A DNA stretch of 52,946 nt from Candidatus Thorarchaeota archaeon (GCA_003345545.1 PRDH01000016.1:1-52946); one strand, 5' to 3'; shown: positions 30,607 through 40,551, counted from the stretch's first letter. A program made the numbers and translations. The notes: generated from the sequence alone by a model not told the origin.

Positions 30607-30768
30607 AGAAGATATAGGGAGTTCAGTAGATTCTACTTGGTTTTGCATGCAGACGATGACATCACTCTTGAAGCATATCAGGAGTTAGGACTAAGGAACC
30701 AAGATACTTCATGGAAAGGTGAATCAAATAGTGATACGGAATCTTGAAAGGGCTGCAAGTCCTTAGAG

Positions 30769-32970
30769 ATGTGGGGGCTCTGCCCGCTGAAGCGTCCGAT
30801 TGAAGTCGCATTTCCTCTAGACAAGGTCAACAAGATAGCAGAGATGGAATCAACAGGGTTTGGCAGACGCCATTATAGGCCAGTCTATGTCATGCACAAG
30901 TGGTGGGCACGACGACTAGGTTCTGTATTTCGAGCTCTTCTTCTGTACGCACTAGCAGACAATGACCTTCAAGACTGGGATGGAAATCCGGAGAACCTTC
31001 AGGACTTTTACTCAAGAGATGTCGATTTTGGAGGAAAGACGGTACTGGATCCTATGATGGGCGGAGGAACAACGGTAGTCGAGGCATTGAGACTTGGTTG
31101 CAAGGTCATAGGAGGAGACCTCAATCCGGTAGCTTGGTTCATCGTGAAGAAGACTGTGGAGGACATTGATCCGATGGAACTCCGTCGGGCTCTGAGTGAG
31201 ATTGAGGTTGAGTTAGGGGATAATCTTCGGAAGTACTATCGTACTACGTGCCCAGAGTGTGGGAACGAAGCAGAGGGTATCTACTATTTCTACTGCAAGG
31301 AGGCACTTTGTCCAGAATGCGCAAATGCAATTCCACTAATGCGCAATTACTTCCTCTCGAAATCGCCATCTATGCAGGGCGACTATGTCGTATGTCCTCG
31401 TTGTTGGAGTGTGTTTTTAACAAAAAACGCAAAAAAAACAGCAAAATGCTCCAAATGTGAGGAAGTTTTCACACCAACGGATAGATCTCTTGTTTCAGGT
31501 CGAACGTTCAGATGCGAGAACACCTCATGCAAGACACATAGCATAGTCAAGACCATCAGAGATTCTGGGACAAGACTCAATGAGCGTCTGTACGCTGTCG
31601 AATTCTACTGCAGGCACTGTGATGAGTCGGGAAATAAGAAACTAGGAAATGGAAGAGGGTACAAGTCTGCTGATAGTGAAGACCTCGCGTTGTTGGAGTC
31701 TGCTCATAGAGAATTCAGAAGAATTCGTGATACATTACCACTGCCAGATGCGGCACTACCCCTTGGGGTGGAAACTAGGCGCGCATTAAACCACGGGTAC
31801 TTGAATTTTCAAGATATGTTCAATGCTAGGCAGCTCTTGAACCTTGGAAAGATCTATCGGTGGATTCTGGGTGTTCAAGATTGGAATCTGAGAGAGTTCT
31901 TGATTCTGGCCTTCTCAAACTGTCTAAAGTACAACAACATGTTTGCAAAGTACAATGCTACAAGAGGATTCATCACAGATATCTTCAGAACACATTCGTT
32001 TTCACCATCCCTGTCTCCTGTGGAGGCTAACTGCTATGATACCTCAAAGGGCAGAGGCGCCTTCACTGCGTTCGTGAAGCTGGTAATTGAGGGGAAGGAG
32101 TATTGCCGAGAACCATTTGAGCGAGTCTTTGATGGAAAATCGATGAAAAAAGTCACTCTTCAGAACAGAATCAATGGAAAACTGGCTCGGAACTATACCG
32201 ACCTTCATGACGGAGCAAATGTACTCCTCCTATGTGGGTCATCAGAGTCTGTTCCCATTCCTGACTCGAGTATTGATGCAGTGGTTACGGATCCGCCATA
32301 CTCTGACAATGTGATGTATTCAGAACTGTCCAACTTCTTCTATGTCTGGTTGAGAATTGGATTGAAGGAGAGGTACCAGGAATTTAGAACAGAATATGTG
32401 CCATGGGTCGATGAAGTAATCGAGAACAAGACGCAGGCGAAGGGTCGAGAGGAGTATGTACGGGGTCTAACAAAGGTGTTCTCAGAATCGAAACGAGTGT
32501 TAATTCGGGATGGCATTCTGGTTTTTACCTTCCATCATACGAAGCTCTCAGTATGGGGTGCGCTCTTAGAGGCCTTACTTCAATCCGGCTTCTATATCAC
32601 AGCAACATATCCTGTGAGAAGTGAGATGAAGGCGTCAACACACCTTCATGAGATGGAGAACATCGCGTACGACATGGTCTTTGCATGCAGAAAAAGGACC
32701 ACTAATCCAGTAACAGTTCAATGGTCTGCTCTTCGGGAGCATGTTGTTCAGTCTGTTGCTGAAACACTCGAGAACCTTCAGAAGAACGGGCTATCCACAA
32801 GTAAGCAAGACCTCTTTGCTATTGCACTTGGAAAGTTGCTGCAATTCTATTCGAAGTACTATCCTAATGTGAAAGACGAAGAACGTGAGGTGCGGCCAGA
32901 TCTAGCTCTTTCACTGATTGAAGCAGATATCACTGATGTTTTTCAGAGTGGTTCTATGTGCGGTTTATAG
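30769..32970 (+). CDS. Zn-ribbon-containing DNA adenine methyltransferase (DUF1156/COG1743 type)
   Basis: HKWWARR, motif I LDPMMGGG..GDLNP, motif IV TDPPY, several CxxC pairs. Confidence 0.92.
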   Translation: MWGLCPLKRPIEVAFPLDKVNKIAEMESTGFGRRHYRPVYVMHKWWARRLGSVFRALLLYALADNDLQDWDGNPENLQDFYSRDVDFGGKTVLDPMMGGGTTVVEALRLGCKVIGGDLNPVAWFIVKKTVEDIDPMELRRALSEIEVELGDNLRKYYRTTCPECGNEAEGIYYFYCKEALCPECANAIPLMRNYFLSKSPSMQGDYVVCPRCWSVFLTKNAKKTAKCSKCEEVFTPTDRSLVSGRTFRCENTSCKTHSIVKTIRDSGTRLNERLYAVEFYCRHCDESGNKKLGNGRGYKSADSEDLALLESAHREFRRIRDTLPLPDAALPLGVETRRALNHGYLNFQDMFNARQLLNLGKIYRWILGVQDWNLREFLILAFSNCLKYNNMFAKYNATRGFITDIFRTHSFSPSLSPVEANCYDTSKGRGAFTAFVKLVIEGKEYCREPFERVFDGKSMKKVTLQNRINGKLARNYTDLHDGANVLLLCGSSESVPIPDSSIDAVVTDPPYSDNVMYSELSNFFYVWLRIGLKERYQEFRTEYVPWVDEVIENKTQAKGREEYVRGLTKVFSESKRVLIRDGILVFTFHHTKLSVWGALLEALLQSGFYITATYPVRSEMKASTHLHEMENIAYDMVFACRKRTTNPVTVQWSALREHVVQSVAETLENLQKNGLSTSKQDLFAIALGKLLQFYSKYYPNVKDEEREVRPDLALSLIEADITDVFQSGSMCGL

Positions 32971-32992
32971 CAGGCGTGTCAGACTAGACTGC

Positions 32993-33244
32993 ATGAGAAC
33001 AACACGGGTACTGCGTACGTGGAATCGAACAAAGGCTGAGTTTGTTGAGATTCCTGTCCAGTATCCACCAGACACATCTCTATCATGTGAGGAGTGTAGG
33101 TATTATGATGACGGTTCTGGAATCTGCCTTGGTGTCGGCTCAGCATACTACATGAAGAAGACCCCACGTCATGAGTTCGTACCGCGTTATGCCGAGTGCC
33201 GAATCAGACTTCCCCCAGATCTTCTCTCTTTTGTCGAGTCTTAG
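32993..33244 (+). CDS. Small Cys-containing hypothetical protein
   Basis: CEEC..C..C; ATG 23 nt after the MTase stop. Confidence 0.6.
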   Translation: MRTTRVLRTWNRTKAEFVEIPVQYPPDTSLSCEECRYYDDGSGICLGVGSAYYMKKTPRHEFVPRYAECRIRLPPDLLSFVES

Positions 33245-34059
33245 AGAACTCCAACCAACTGAGGTATGAAACCAAGAGAGAGAGAAACACATAGTACGAG
33301 ATAAGCAAGAGCGATGAGAAGGACAAGAGTGTCTCGAGTATGCCATTCTGATCTTCGTAGGTAGGTCCTTGTATTGCTATATCCGAACCCACGGCCATCC
33401 ATGGATATTGATAGTGCTTCAACACGAGATAATGAAGATACAAGAAGTGGAAAGAAAGTATATTGGACTGTCCGCAATAACTTGCGAATTCCGCCAATCT
33501 CAGGCTCAATACCCCTCGACTTTTGGGCCAGGCGGACTACCTGATTCTCAGAGTCAAAGAGGGGTAGGAATCGGAGAGCTATGACAAGAGCAAAACTGTA
33601 CCTGAATGGTATTCTCAGACGAGTCAGTGAATGTGCAAGCAATGTAGGGTCAGTGACGGAAACAAAGAGCATGCTCGATAGAACGATGAGGAGGAATCTG
33701 AGCGATATTGAGAGACCTCGTTCGATTCCATAGTCCGTTATTGGAAAGTAGGGACCAAAACCCCCTAACTGTGGGATAATGAAACCGAAGACCGTACCAT
33801 TGGGAGTGAGTACAACCTGGAATAGCAGTAAAATCACTGAGAACAGAATGATGAACTTCGTACGTCGTCGTGAGAGCTTTAGTGATGTCCGTGAAGCTTT
33901 GAATAATACCAAGACGAGCAGAAGGAGAATAAGACTAAGTCGCCAGCCTGGATAGATCAATATGCCAACCAATACGAATATCAACAGGAACAAATTCAGA
34001 AGAGGGTTGAGTCTTCGGATTGAGGAATTATCCAGGTTGTAACTAGGCTGTGCCCCCAT
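33241..34059 (-). CDS. ecfT: ECF transporter transmembrane T component
   Basis: IALRFLP, AQKSRG, SMDGRGF motifs. Confidence 0.93.
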   Translation of the reverse strand: MGAQPSYNLDNSSIRRLNPLLNLFLLIFVLVGILIYPGWRLSLILLLLVLVLFKASRTSLKLSRRRTKFIILFSVILLLFQVVLTPNGTVFGFIIPQLGGFGPYFPITDYGIERGLSISLRFLLIVLSSMLFVSVTDPTLLAHSLTRLRIPFRYSFALVIALRFLPLFDSENQVVRLAQKSRGIEPEIGGIRKLLRTVQYTFFPLLVSSLSRVEALSISMDGRGFGYSNTRTYLRRSEWHTRDTLVLLIALAYLVLCVSLSLGFIPQLVGVL

Positions 34060-34062
34060 GTA

Positions 34063-35508
34063 CTATTCCGCCCCCAAGCTCACGAATTCCTCTCGATTTG
34101 TTTCTATCAGTCGTTGGAATACTATCTCTGGTGGGCCATCGAGCAAAATCGACCCATTTTCCATGAAAACAACACGATTACAGTGATTTTTCGCAAAATC
34201 CGTGTCGTGAGTCACTACTAGAGATGCACCCCCGGCCTGAGCTGCCTCAGCTAGAATCCTCATAATGAATCTACGGCCATCCAGATCTTGGCCGATAAAC
34301 GGCTCATCAAACAAGATGATGTCAGGAGAGTGTACTGATACTGAGCTTACATTCAGTCGTCTCTTCTGTCCATGACTTAAGGTGAAGGGGTTTCTCTCTC
34401 TCATAGTAGCAAGGCCTGCGAGTTCTAGGAGTTCAGTTGCCCTCTGGTGGCTTTCCGCATCCGGAATACCAAGTATATCTGCTGTTAGGTTCTGTTCTCT
34501 CCAGACGGTCCGTTCGAAGATCTGGTGATTGGGGTTCTGGAATACAATGGAGAGTGTCCGAGTGATCTGTTTCCTATCGATACCATGAATGGGTGTTTCT
34601 CCAAGATACACTGTCCCGGTTTGGGGTGTCAGAAGTCCACCAAGGAGTTGGACTAGAGTCGTCTTCCCGGATCCATTCGCTCCCATGAGCGCGATTATTT
34701 CGCCTTCATGAATTGCAAGACTCACATCTTGAAGGACTCGATTCGTTCCGTATGAAAAACTGACATTCTTCGTTGAAAGAACACGGTCGCCCAGCTGAAC
34801 CGGAGGTCTTTGCAGATTTGGTTCCTGTGATATCTCAGGAGGATGCCAAGTCGATATTGTTTCGTTTGATATGACTAGAATTCGATCAGAAATCTGCCGA
34901 AACGCATTCAAATTGTGCTCGATACAGACAACTCCGACATTACGTGCCTTCAGACCTGACAAGATGCTCTGGAGTGAAAGTATCCCTTTTGGGTCTAGGC
35001 TCGATGAGGGCTCATCAAGGATGATATAATCAGGCTGGCACGAGAGTATCGATGCTATGGCCACTCTCTGTTTTTCTCCACCCGAAAGTGCATAAGTGGG
35101 TCTAGGGCGAAGATGGCTGGAGCCTACCTCAGCAAGCGTGGAATCTACCAAGTTTCTAATCGACTCCAACTCAAATCCGTAGTTTTCCGGCCCGAATGCA
35201 ACCTCGTCAGCAACCCTCAACGTACAGATTTGACTGTCTGAATCTTGTTGAACGAGTGATACTCTCTTGGATATCTCTGCAATCGAAAGCCCGCTTATGT
35301 CTGTGCCATCTATCAGAAGGGTACCGGAGAAATGCCCTTTGATACTCCGAGGAATAAAACCGGATATGCACTTAGCAAGAGTGGACTTGCCAGAACCTGT
35401 GGGACCGGTGATTGTGACAATCTCGCCTCGAGCTATCTGGAGATTGACTGATCTCAGAACCTGTGTTATTCCATCGTATGAAAAGGACAGGTTCTGTACT
35501 TCAAACAT
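34063..35508 (-). CDS. ECF transporter duplicated ATPase (fused A-A')
   Basis: Two Walker A (GPTGSGKS, GANGSGKT), LSGGEKQR/LSHGQKRR, DEP. Confidence 0.95.
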   Translation of the reverse strand: MFEVQNLSFSYDGITQVLRSVNLQIARGEIVTITGPTGSGKSTLAKCISGFIPRSIKGHFSGTLLIDGTDISGLSIAEISKRVSLVQQDSDSQICTLRVADEVAFGPENYGFELESIRNLVDSTLAEVGSSHLRPRPTYALSGGEKQRVAIASILSCQPDYIILDEPSSSLDPKGILSLQSILSGLKARNVGVVCIEHNLNAFRQISDRILVISNETISTWHPPEISQEPNLQRPPVQLGDRVLSTKNVSFSYGTNRVLQDVSLAIHEGEIIALMGANGSGKTTLVQLLGGLLTPQTGTVYLGETPIHGIDRKQITRTLSIVFQNPNHQIFERTVWREQNLTADILGIPDAESHQRATELLELAGLATMRERNPFTLSHGQKRRLNVSSVSVHSPDIILFDEPFIGQDLDGRRFIMRILAEAAQAGGASLVVTHDTDFAKNHCNRVVFMENGSILLDGPPEIVFQRLIETNREEFVSLGAE

Positions 35509-35517
35509 TTTCTTCGC

Positions 35518-36591
35518 CTAATAGATCTCTAATGTGATGACTTGATGCACCCAGAGAGAACCATCATAGTTCGCCGCAATGAGCCAAAGACCGTCATCGG
35601 TTTTTGTAAGAAGCATATCTTGGTCGTCCATCACAGCACTCAGGTCCTCAAACCTAACGACATAACCATCTCGAGCTGACACTTGTAGTCCCGTAGCTTC
35701 TGGAAGTAGACTTGCCTGTGCAAGAATAGTACTGATCAAGATACCTGTATAGTTCGTGGGAGGAATATGTGTATAGGCACCAATCAGTTCAGCTTCGATT
35801 GTCACCTCATAAGCTGCAAAGTCCTCCAGACGGAAGGAAAATGGCGATTCGACAAGCCCTTTCACTTCACAGGTGTAGGGATCTGCGAATGCATGAGAAA
35901 CATTTGTTGTATAGTAGAGAGTGCCTATAGTCAAGAAAAGAACGAAGACAATAGCAGGAAGATTTCTGTACACTAATGTCTTAGTTGTCCTAGTTGTTGG
36001 CATAGTTCGCTGGCTCTGAAAACCTGGAATTGCTCCTGCTTCGTTGAGAAACTCCAGTGTTTCCCATGCAAAGTAGCCTGCAAAAATGACTCCTGAACAG
36101 AAAGCAAGAATCGTAATTGCCCCTATGTAAACAAGGGGAGCTCCTGTGAAGTATAGTATTTGTAATACAATGATATTTGCAGCAGCAGACACTCCTGCCC
36201 CCAACCACCAGACCACGCGGGAGCTCTCTCTGGGACTATCTCTAGAACCAGCTGCTGCGGCACTCATATCAATGATAATGCCTTGGACAAGGGAAACAAA
36301 GACAATAGCAATCCCGTGCGTACTCCCCGTGAACATCTCGACCATGCCCTTGAGCAGACCTCCAGCTGTACCGGCTCCGAGCTTCGGTACAATTACTCTG
36401 ATTAGCACTAGCCAAAACACATGAAGCCCAGCCATGAACTGGCCTGCTCCGAACGGAACTCCCAAGGCAAGATTGATGAGGTTCCCAAGGTAGCCAATGA
36501 AGGTGCTCAGGGCACCACCAAGTGAACTCAGCACCGCAATAGTCACGATATCCCTCGTGGTAACAGATAGTCCTAAACTGCTCGAGGTCAT
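35518..36591 (-). CDS. ECF S component fused to a molybdopterin-oxidoreductase-like domain
   Basis: About 6-7 TMs with PKLGAG..GMVEMFTG; C-terminal VKGLVESP..YTGILIS..ARDGY..LWLI..WVHQVITLEI; ATGA overlap with the upstream gene. Confidence 0.75.
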   Translation of the reverse strand: MTSSSLGLSVTTRDIVTIAVLSSLGGALSTFIGYLGNLINLALGVPFGAGQFMAGLHVFWLVLIRVIVPKLGAGTAGGLLKGMVEMFTGSTHGIAIVFVSLVQGIIIDMSAAAAGSRDSPRESSRVVWWLGAGVSAAANIIVLQILYFTGAPLVYIGAITILAFCSGVIFAGYFAWETLEFLNEAGAIPGFQSQRTMPTTRTTKTLVYRNLPAIVFVLFLTIGTLYYTTNVSHAFADPYTCEVKGLVESPFSFRLEDFAAYEVTIEAELIGAYTHIPPTNYTGILISTILAQASLLPEATGLQVSARDGYVVRFEDLSAVMDDQDMLLTKTDDGLWLIAANYDGSLWVHQVITLEIY

Positions 36592-37850
36592 CCAGTTACG
36601 ACCTCCAGAAATGATACGAACCGTACCCAACGTGAACCTGCAGAAATAACTGATGTTGAGGAAGTCAATGTTGCATCCTCGTTACTATAGGCGCCATCAG
36701 GAGGAATCATTACAAGCCGCATACCATCAGTCCATTCCAACACACGTGTTGCATTGTACTCATAGGCAAGAATCATTGGTCCCTGAATCTCAGTCCAAGA
36801 TGCATTCGGGTAGATATTAGAGTAGCTGAATTCTTGGAAATATCCATCGAACGACATCACGAGCAGTGTGTCGTTTGCTGTCATTCCTCCTACTAGTTCG
36901 ATCAGAGTAGAAATAGCAATACCCTCATAGATGCCTTGGCCGCGCCAGTTATTGTATTGGTTCTGAAAGGACGAGAATCCCTCTGTCGGTACCATGTGAA
37001 GAAGATCATTCAGAGATAACGTCGCGTCTTCATTGACACCCCTCACGACAACTGAATCCCGTGGTATTACTGGTAGACCTAGTAATATGGTTTCGATGTA
37101 CAAATCGGATTCGGTCAGTGTGACATTCACAAAATGGTAGATTCCGCCGTCGTTCTCATCCGCATAGAGACTTGCACCGGCACCCCCGGTCACAACATAC
37201 CTTACACCATTAATCACGCTATCATTGAAGACATGGATGTGTCCCGTGAAGACAACATCCACATTCTGCTCTTCGAAGAGCGTCATGAGCCTTGCACTAG
37301 TTGTAGTGTTGATTAAGGAGTGATCCAGCTCTGAGAGAGGGTTAAAGGGTGGGATATGAGTAAAGACAAGCTTGTATTCTGAATCGGCCTGGGACAGGTC
37401 CTGTTCTAACCAAGCTAACTCATGCTCAGCAACATCGCCTGAGGAGGTGTTGAATACAGCAATATGAGCAGGACCGCTATCAAAGGAGTACATGGAACTG
37501 CCGAAGTACTCGGCATACAATACGCCCCCGCCTTCCTTGATATCATGATTGCCTATTGTAGTGTATACAGGTACCTGAGCCAGATCAAAAACTGCCTTGA
37601 TGGCCTGATATTGGTTTTCTTGTCCAAAAGATGTAAGGTCTCCACAATGGAAGATGAATTGAGGCCTATATTGGTTTGCAGCAGCCACAATCTGTTCGAC
37701 CCCGCCTTGGTACCCCTGCGAGTCGCCGAACACGTAGAAGTTCAGGGTGGTACTATCCTCTGATGAAAGGAAGAGTACTACTGCAACAGTTGTACTGACA
37801 AGGAGAATTGCTGTGATTGATAGTACCAGTACAGACTTTCGTTGCTCCAA
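36588..37850 (-). CDS. Membrane-anchored metallophosphoesterase fused to a molybdopterin-oxidoreductase-like domain
   Basis: N-terminal TM; GDSQG, GDLT, GNHD, HIPP, GHIH, TGGAG; C-terminal YEGIAIS..SFDGY..MILAYEYN..MRLV..WVRFV. Confidence 0.85.
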   Translation of the reverse strand: MEQRKSVLVLSITAILLVSTTVAVVLFLSSEDSTTLNFYVFGDSQGYQGGVEQIVAAANQYRPQFIFHCGDLTSFGQENQYQAIKAVFDLAQVPVYTTIGNHDIKEGGGVLYAEYFGSSMYSFDSGPAHIAVFNTSSGDVAEHELAWLEQDLSQADSEYKLVFTHIPPFNPLSELDHSLINTTTSARLMTLFEEQNVDVVFTGHIHVFNDSVINGVRYVVTGGAGASLYADENDGGIYHFVNVTLTESDLYIETILLGLPVIPRDSVVVRGVNEDATLSLNDLLHMVPTEGFSSFQNQYNNWRGQGIYEGIAISTLIELVGGMTANDTLLVMSFDGYFQEFSYSNIYPNASWTEIQGPMILAYEYNATRVLEWTDGMRLVMIPPDGAYSNEDATLTSSTSVISAGSRWVRFVSFLEVVTG

Positions 37851-37962
37851 TGCTCATAGTACTCTCCGAATGGATCTAAGCGATATGCATGACCGTATAC
37901 TTCGGTTATGAAGTGAACCACGTTATGAACGTTGGGGAGCGGCTATAGTGGATTGGCATGCC

Positions 37963-38745
37963 TTAGCTCTTGGGCAGTCCCTCGGTTCGGATTCTCTCGG
38001 AGAGAGCGAGGATTTTGCTATCTCTGCGCCAGACTGATGTCTGTTGTAGCGTATCAGCTACGACGGTAGTGAACTCGTTCTCCACTGTGGCATCTCTCTC
38101 TTGCCCAAGCAGTGAGAGGTATGCATCCAGAAGACGCCAACATAGTGTTCTCTTTCTCGGGTCGAAAATCGGGTGAGTGTCTAATAGACTGGCACTAATC
38201 CCAGCAATATCGAGCGTCCAAGATCCAAGACGTGACTCTTCAAAGTCAATACCATAGAGTGTGTTCTCATAGTAGATGAAGTTCCTCAGACGCGGGTCTC
38301 CCTTGATTAGTCTGTGAACAGAGTGGTAGTCGTAATACCATTGTGCCAGCTTATCGATAAGGAGCGGATCGAATGTACTGTTTATCACATCAACAAGCGG
38401 TCGACCAGGAATGAAAGGCATGAGAATCACGCCATCTCGTGCCTCAAGTACCTCTGGAACTGCCAGATGGTGTTTCCAGCTGGATAACAAGATACGCAAC
38501 TCGGTATCGTACATACCATGAACGAACATCTTTGCAACCAATTCTATGGACTTCAACTTCTTTGAGGACACTGTAAGGTGGAGTACAACATTCTTCCTAC
38601 TTCTCAGACGGTGGACATGTTCGAGTACTGAGTTCTTGCCGAACCTCTTCTGTAAGAGCTTGCTCAATGTATCAATACGACTAGGTGGTAACGGCCTTCC
38701 ATCGATCCCTTGTGGAAGCTCACCAAGCCACTTAATCAGGTCCAT
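37963..38745 (-). CDS. Bud32/RIO/Kdo-like kinase-fold protein
   Basis: VAKMF, VPEVL, GDPRLRNF, IDFE. Confidence 0.75.
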   Translation of the reverse strand: MDLIKWLGELPQGIDGRPLPPSRIDTLSKLLQKRFGKNSVLEHVHRLRSRKNVVLHLTVSSKKLKSIELVAKMFVHGMYDTELRILLSSWKHHLAVPEVLEARDGVILMPFIPGRPLVDVINSTFDPLLIDKLAQWYYDYHSVHRLIKGDPRLRNFIYYENTLYGIDFEESRLGSWTLDIAGISASLLDTHPIFDPRKRTLCWRLLDAYLSLLGQERDATVENEFTTVVADTLQQTSVWRRDSKILALSERIRTEGLPKS

Positions 38746-38838
38746 AGTATTAGAACTTCTGCAACATTGTCTCTATTAGCATTGCGTCAAGACCAATCAG
38801 ATTTTAACAAATCAGGGTAAAGGTATCATGTGTAGACA

Positions 38839-39057
38839 ATGACGGACAGAATGTGTAATGCAGAGAGAAACAAGGAACGGTGCAGTTGTACATATCCCGG
38901 ATGCCCAAGACAGGGCTACTGCTGTGACTGCCTGCAGTTCCATTGGAAACATCATGAGCTGCCGGGGTGCTTATTCCCACCGGAAGCAGAGAAGACCTAT
39001 GATAGATCTCTGGAAAACTTCATTGAGGTCTGGAGCAGGAGACTTGGCAAGAGATGA
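38839..39057 (+). CDS. Small Cys-rich protein (DUF6485-like)
   Basis: CSCTYPGCPRQGYCCDC..LPGCLF..EKTYDRS. Confidence 0.8.
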   Translation: MTDRMCNAERNKERCSCTYPGCPRQGYCCDCLQFHWKHHELPGCLFPPEAEKTYDRSLENFIEVWSRRLGKR

Positions 39058-39114
39058 ATTGTCATGCAATAGGTTTAGTAGAGATTACACCGTATTGACT
39101 TTGCGTGGAAGTGT

Positions 39115-39348
39115 TTGAGGCAAGTACATGTCGGGCTGCTGCTCATGATAGGTAGTGCAATAGTGTGGTCTATCGTAATAGCGGTCTTATTTGATTACAT
39201 TGTAAATGTGCTGCATTCTGACTTGGCATTCGGAGAACCGATTTGGGTTATAGATCCTCTCGGATTCATGGTCATTTCAGTTTCATCAGGGATTGTCTTC
39301 TTTCTTGGACTTCTGGCAGTCTTTGATGATATTATTCCAAGAGAATAG
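39115..39348 (+). CDS. Small two-TM membrane protein
   Basis: Two hydrophobic helices. Confidence 0.55.
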   Translation: MRQVHVGLLLMIGSAIVWSIVIAVLFDYIVNVLHSDLAFGEPIWVIDPLGFMVISVSSGIVFFLGLLAVFDDIIPRE

Positions 39349-39352
39349 CAAG

Positions 39353-39430
39353 TGGCGGGCGCGCCCGGATTCGAACCGGGGACATCCAACTCCGAAGGCT
39401 GGCGCCCTATCCTGGCTAGACTACGCGCCC
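39353..39430 (-). tRNA. tRNA-Arg(UCG), intronless
   Basis: Complete cloverleaf, CT-TCG-GA loop, CCA. Confidence 0.97.
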
Positions 39431-39504
39431 GGACTTAACGATTCTAATATCCTCTTAAGATTTCTGTCCTACAGCCATCTGGTACCTAGAACAACACTTG
39501 TATT

Positions 39505-40551
39505 TCATTTCGAGAGGAGAGCCCGCATCTTCTTTTCAGTTGGATTTCTGACTATTCCTCTATCAGTAATGATAGCATCAATCAACTCAGGAGGTGTCAT
39601 ATCGAAGGCGGGATTGTACACTTTTGCGTTTGGGACTGTTATATATTCACCGTTAATCATGCGGACCTCGTCAGGGTCGCGCTCCTCAATAATCACGTCG
39701 TCCGGGGCGGTTTCCATATCGACCGTCGATGTAGGAGCTGCAGAGTAGAACGGTATCTTGTGATACTTGGCTGTGATTGCCATAGTATACGTCCCAACTT
39801 TATTGATGATGTGACCAGTACGTAATATTCTATCTGCTCCCACAACACAACAGTCAACACGACCTTCCCGAAAGACTGTGCCTATCATCCCGTCTGTTAT
39901 GAGAGTCGTGTCGATATTGTCCTTCATGAACTCAAAGACTGTCAAGCGTGCCCCCTGTTGCCGAGGTCTTGTTTCTGCAGAGTATACTTTGATATTACCA
40001 CCATATCGTTCATGAGCAACTCTAACGACCGCTCCGACTGTACCGAGGTCCACTGTCGCAAGAGACCCTGCATTGCATATTGTCTGGATTGTGAAGCTAG
40101 GTTTGATGAGCTCAAGTGCGTTCTCGCCGATTCTTCTGCACATCCGGACATCTTCCTCGGCAATCTCCTTTGCCTCCTCAATGAGTCTTTGAATGATAGT
40201 GTCAACACTTCCGATAGTGGTTCGAGCAACTTGAAGCATTCGTGTAGTGGCCCAGGTCAGATTCACAGCTGTTGGTCGTGTGTTGAGAGTCACAGCCGCC
40301 TTCTCGAGTGATTCTATCATCTTTCCAATTGTCCTTGCCTTGCTCTCAAGTGCAGCCAATGCCATTCCCATCCCTGCAGCTGCGCCGATTGCTGGTGCGC
40401 CCCGAATCTCCATTGTCCTGATTGCTTCTGCAATTCGTTCATGACTGCCTGTGACAATATACTCTAGGACCAATGGTAATTTCGTCTGATCAATAAGACG
40501 AACTTGGGATGTGTCATCAAGCCATTCAATCGTTCGAAACATCTCTAACAC
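39505..40551 (-). CDS. mtnA: S-methyl-5-thioribose-1-phosphate isomerase (eIF2B-like family)
   Basis: IDQTKLP, IRGAPAIG, RPTAVNL, CNAGSLAT, ETRPRQQGARLT, NPAFDMTP. Confidence 0.93.
   Translation of the reverse strand: MLEMFRTIEWLDDTSQVRLIDQTKLPLVLEYIVTGSHERIAEAIRTMEIRGAPAIGAAAGMGMALAALESKARTIGKMIESLEKAAVTLNTRPTAVNLTWATTRMLQVARTTIGSVDTIIQRLIEEAKEIAEEDVRMCRRIGENALELIKPSFTIQTICNAGSLATVDLGTVGAVVRVAHERYGGNIKVYSAETRPRQQGARLTVFEFMKDNIDTTLITDGMIGTVFREGRVDCCVVGADRILRTGHIINKVGTYTMAITAKYHKIPFYSAAPTSTVDMETAPDDVIIEERDPDEVRMINGEYITVPNAKVYNPAFDMTPPELIDAIITDRGIVRNPTEKKMRALLSK

Noticed and set aside
23754-33244. Integrative element or provirus at tRNA-Tyr
   Set aside because: No integrase, no duplicated tRNA 3' end noticed, and the block lies 5' of the tRNA.
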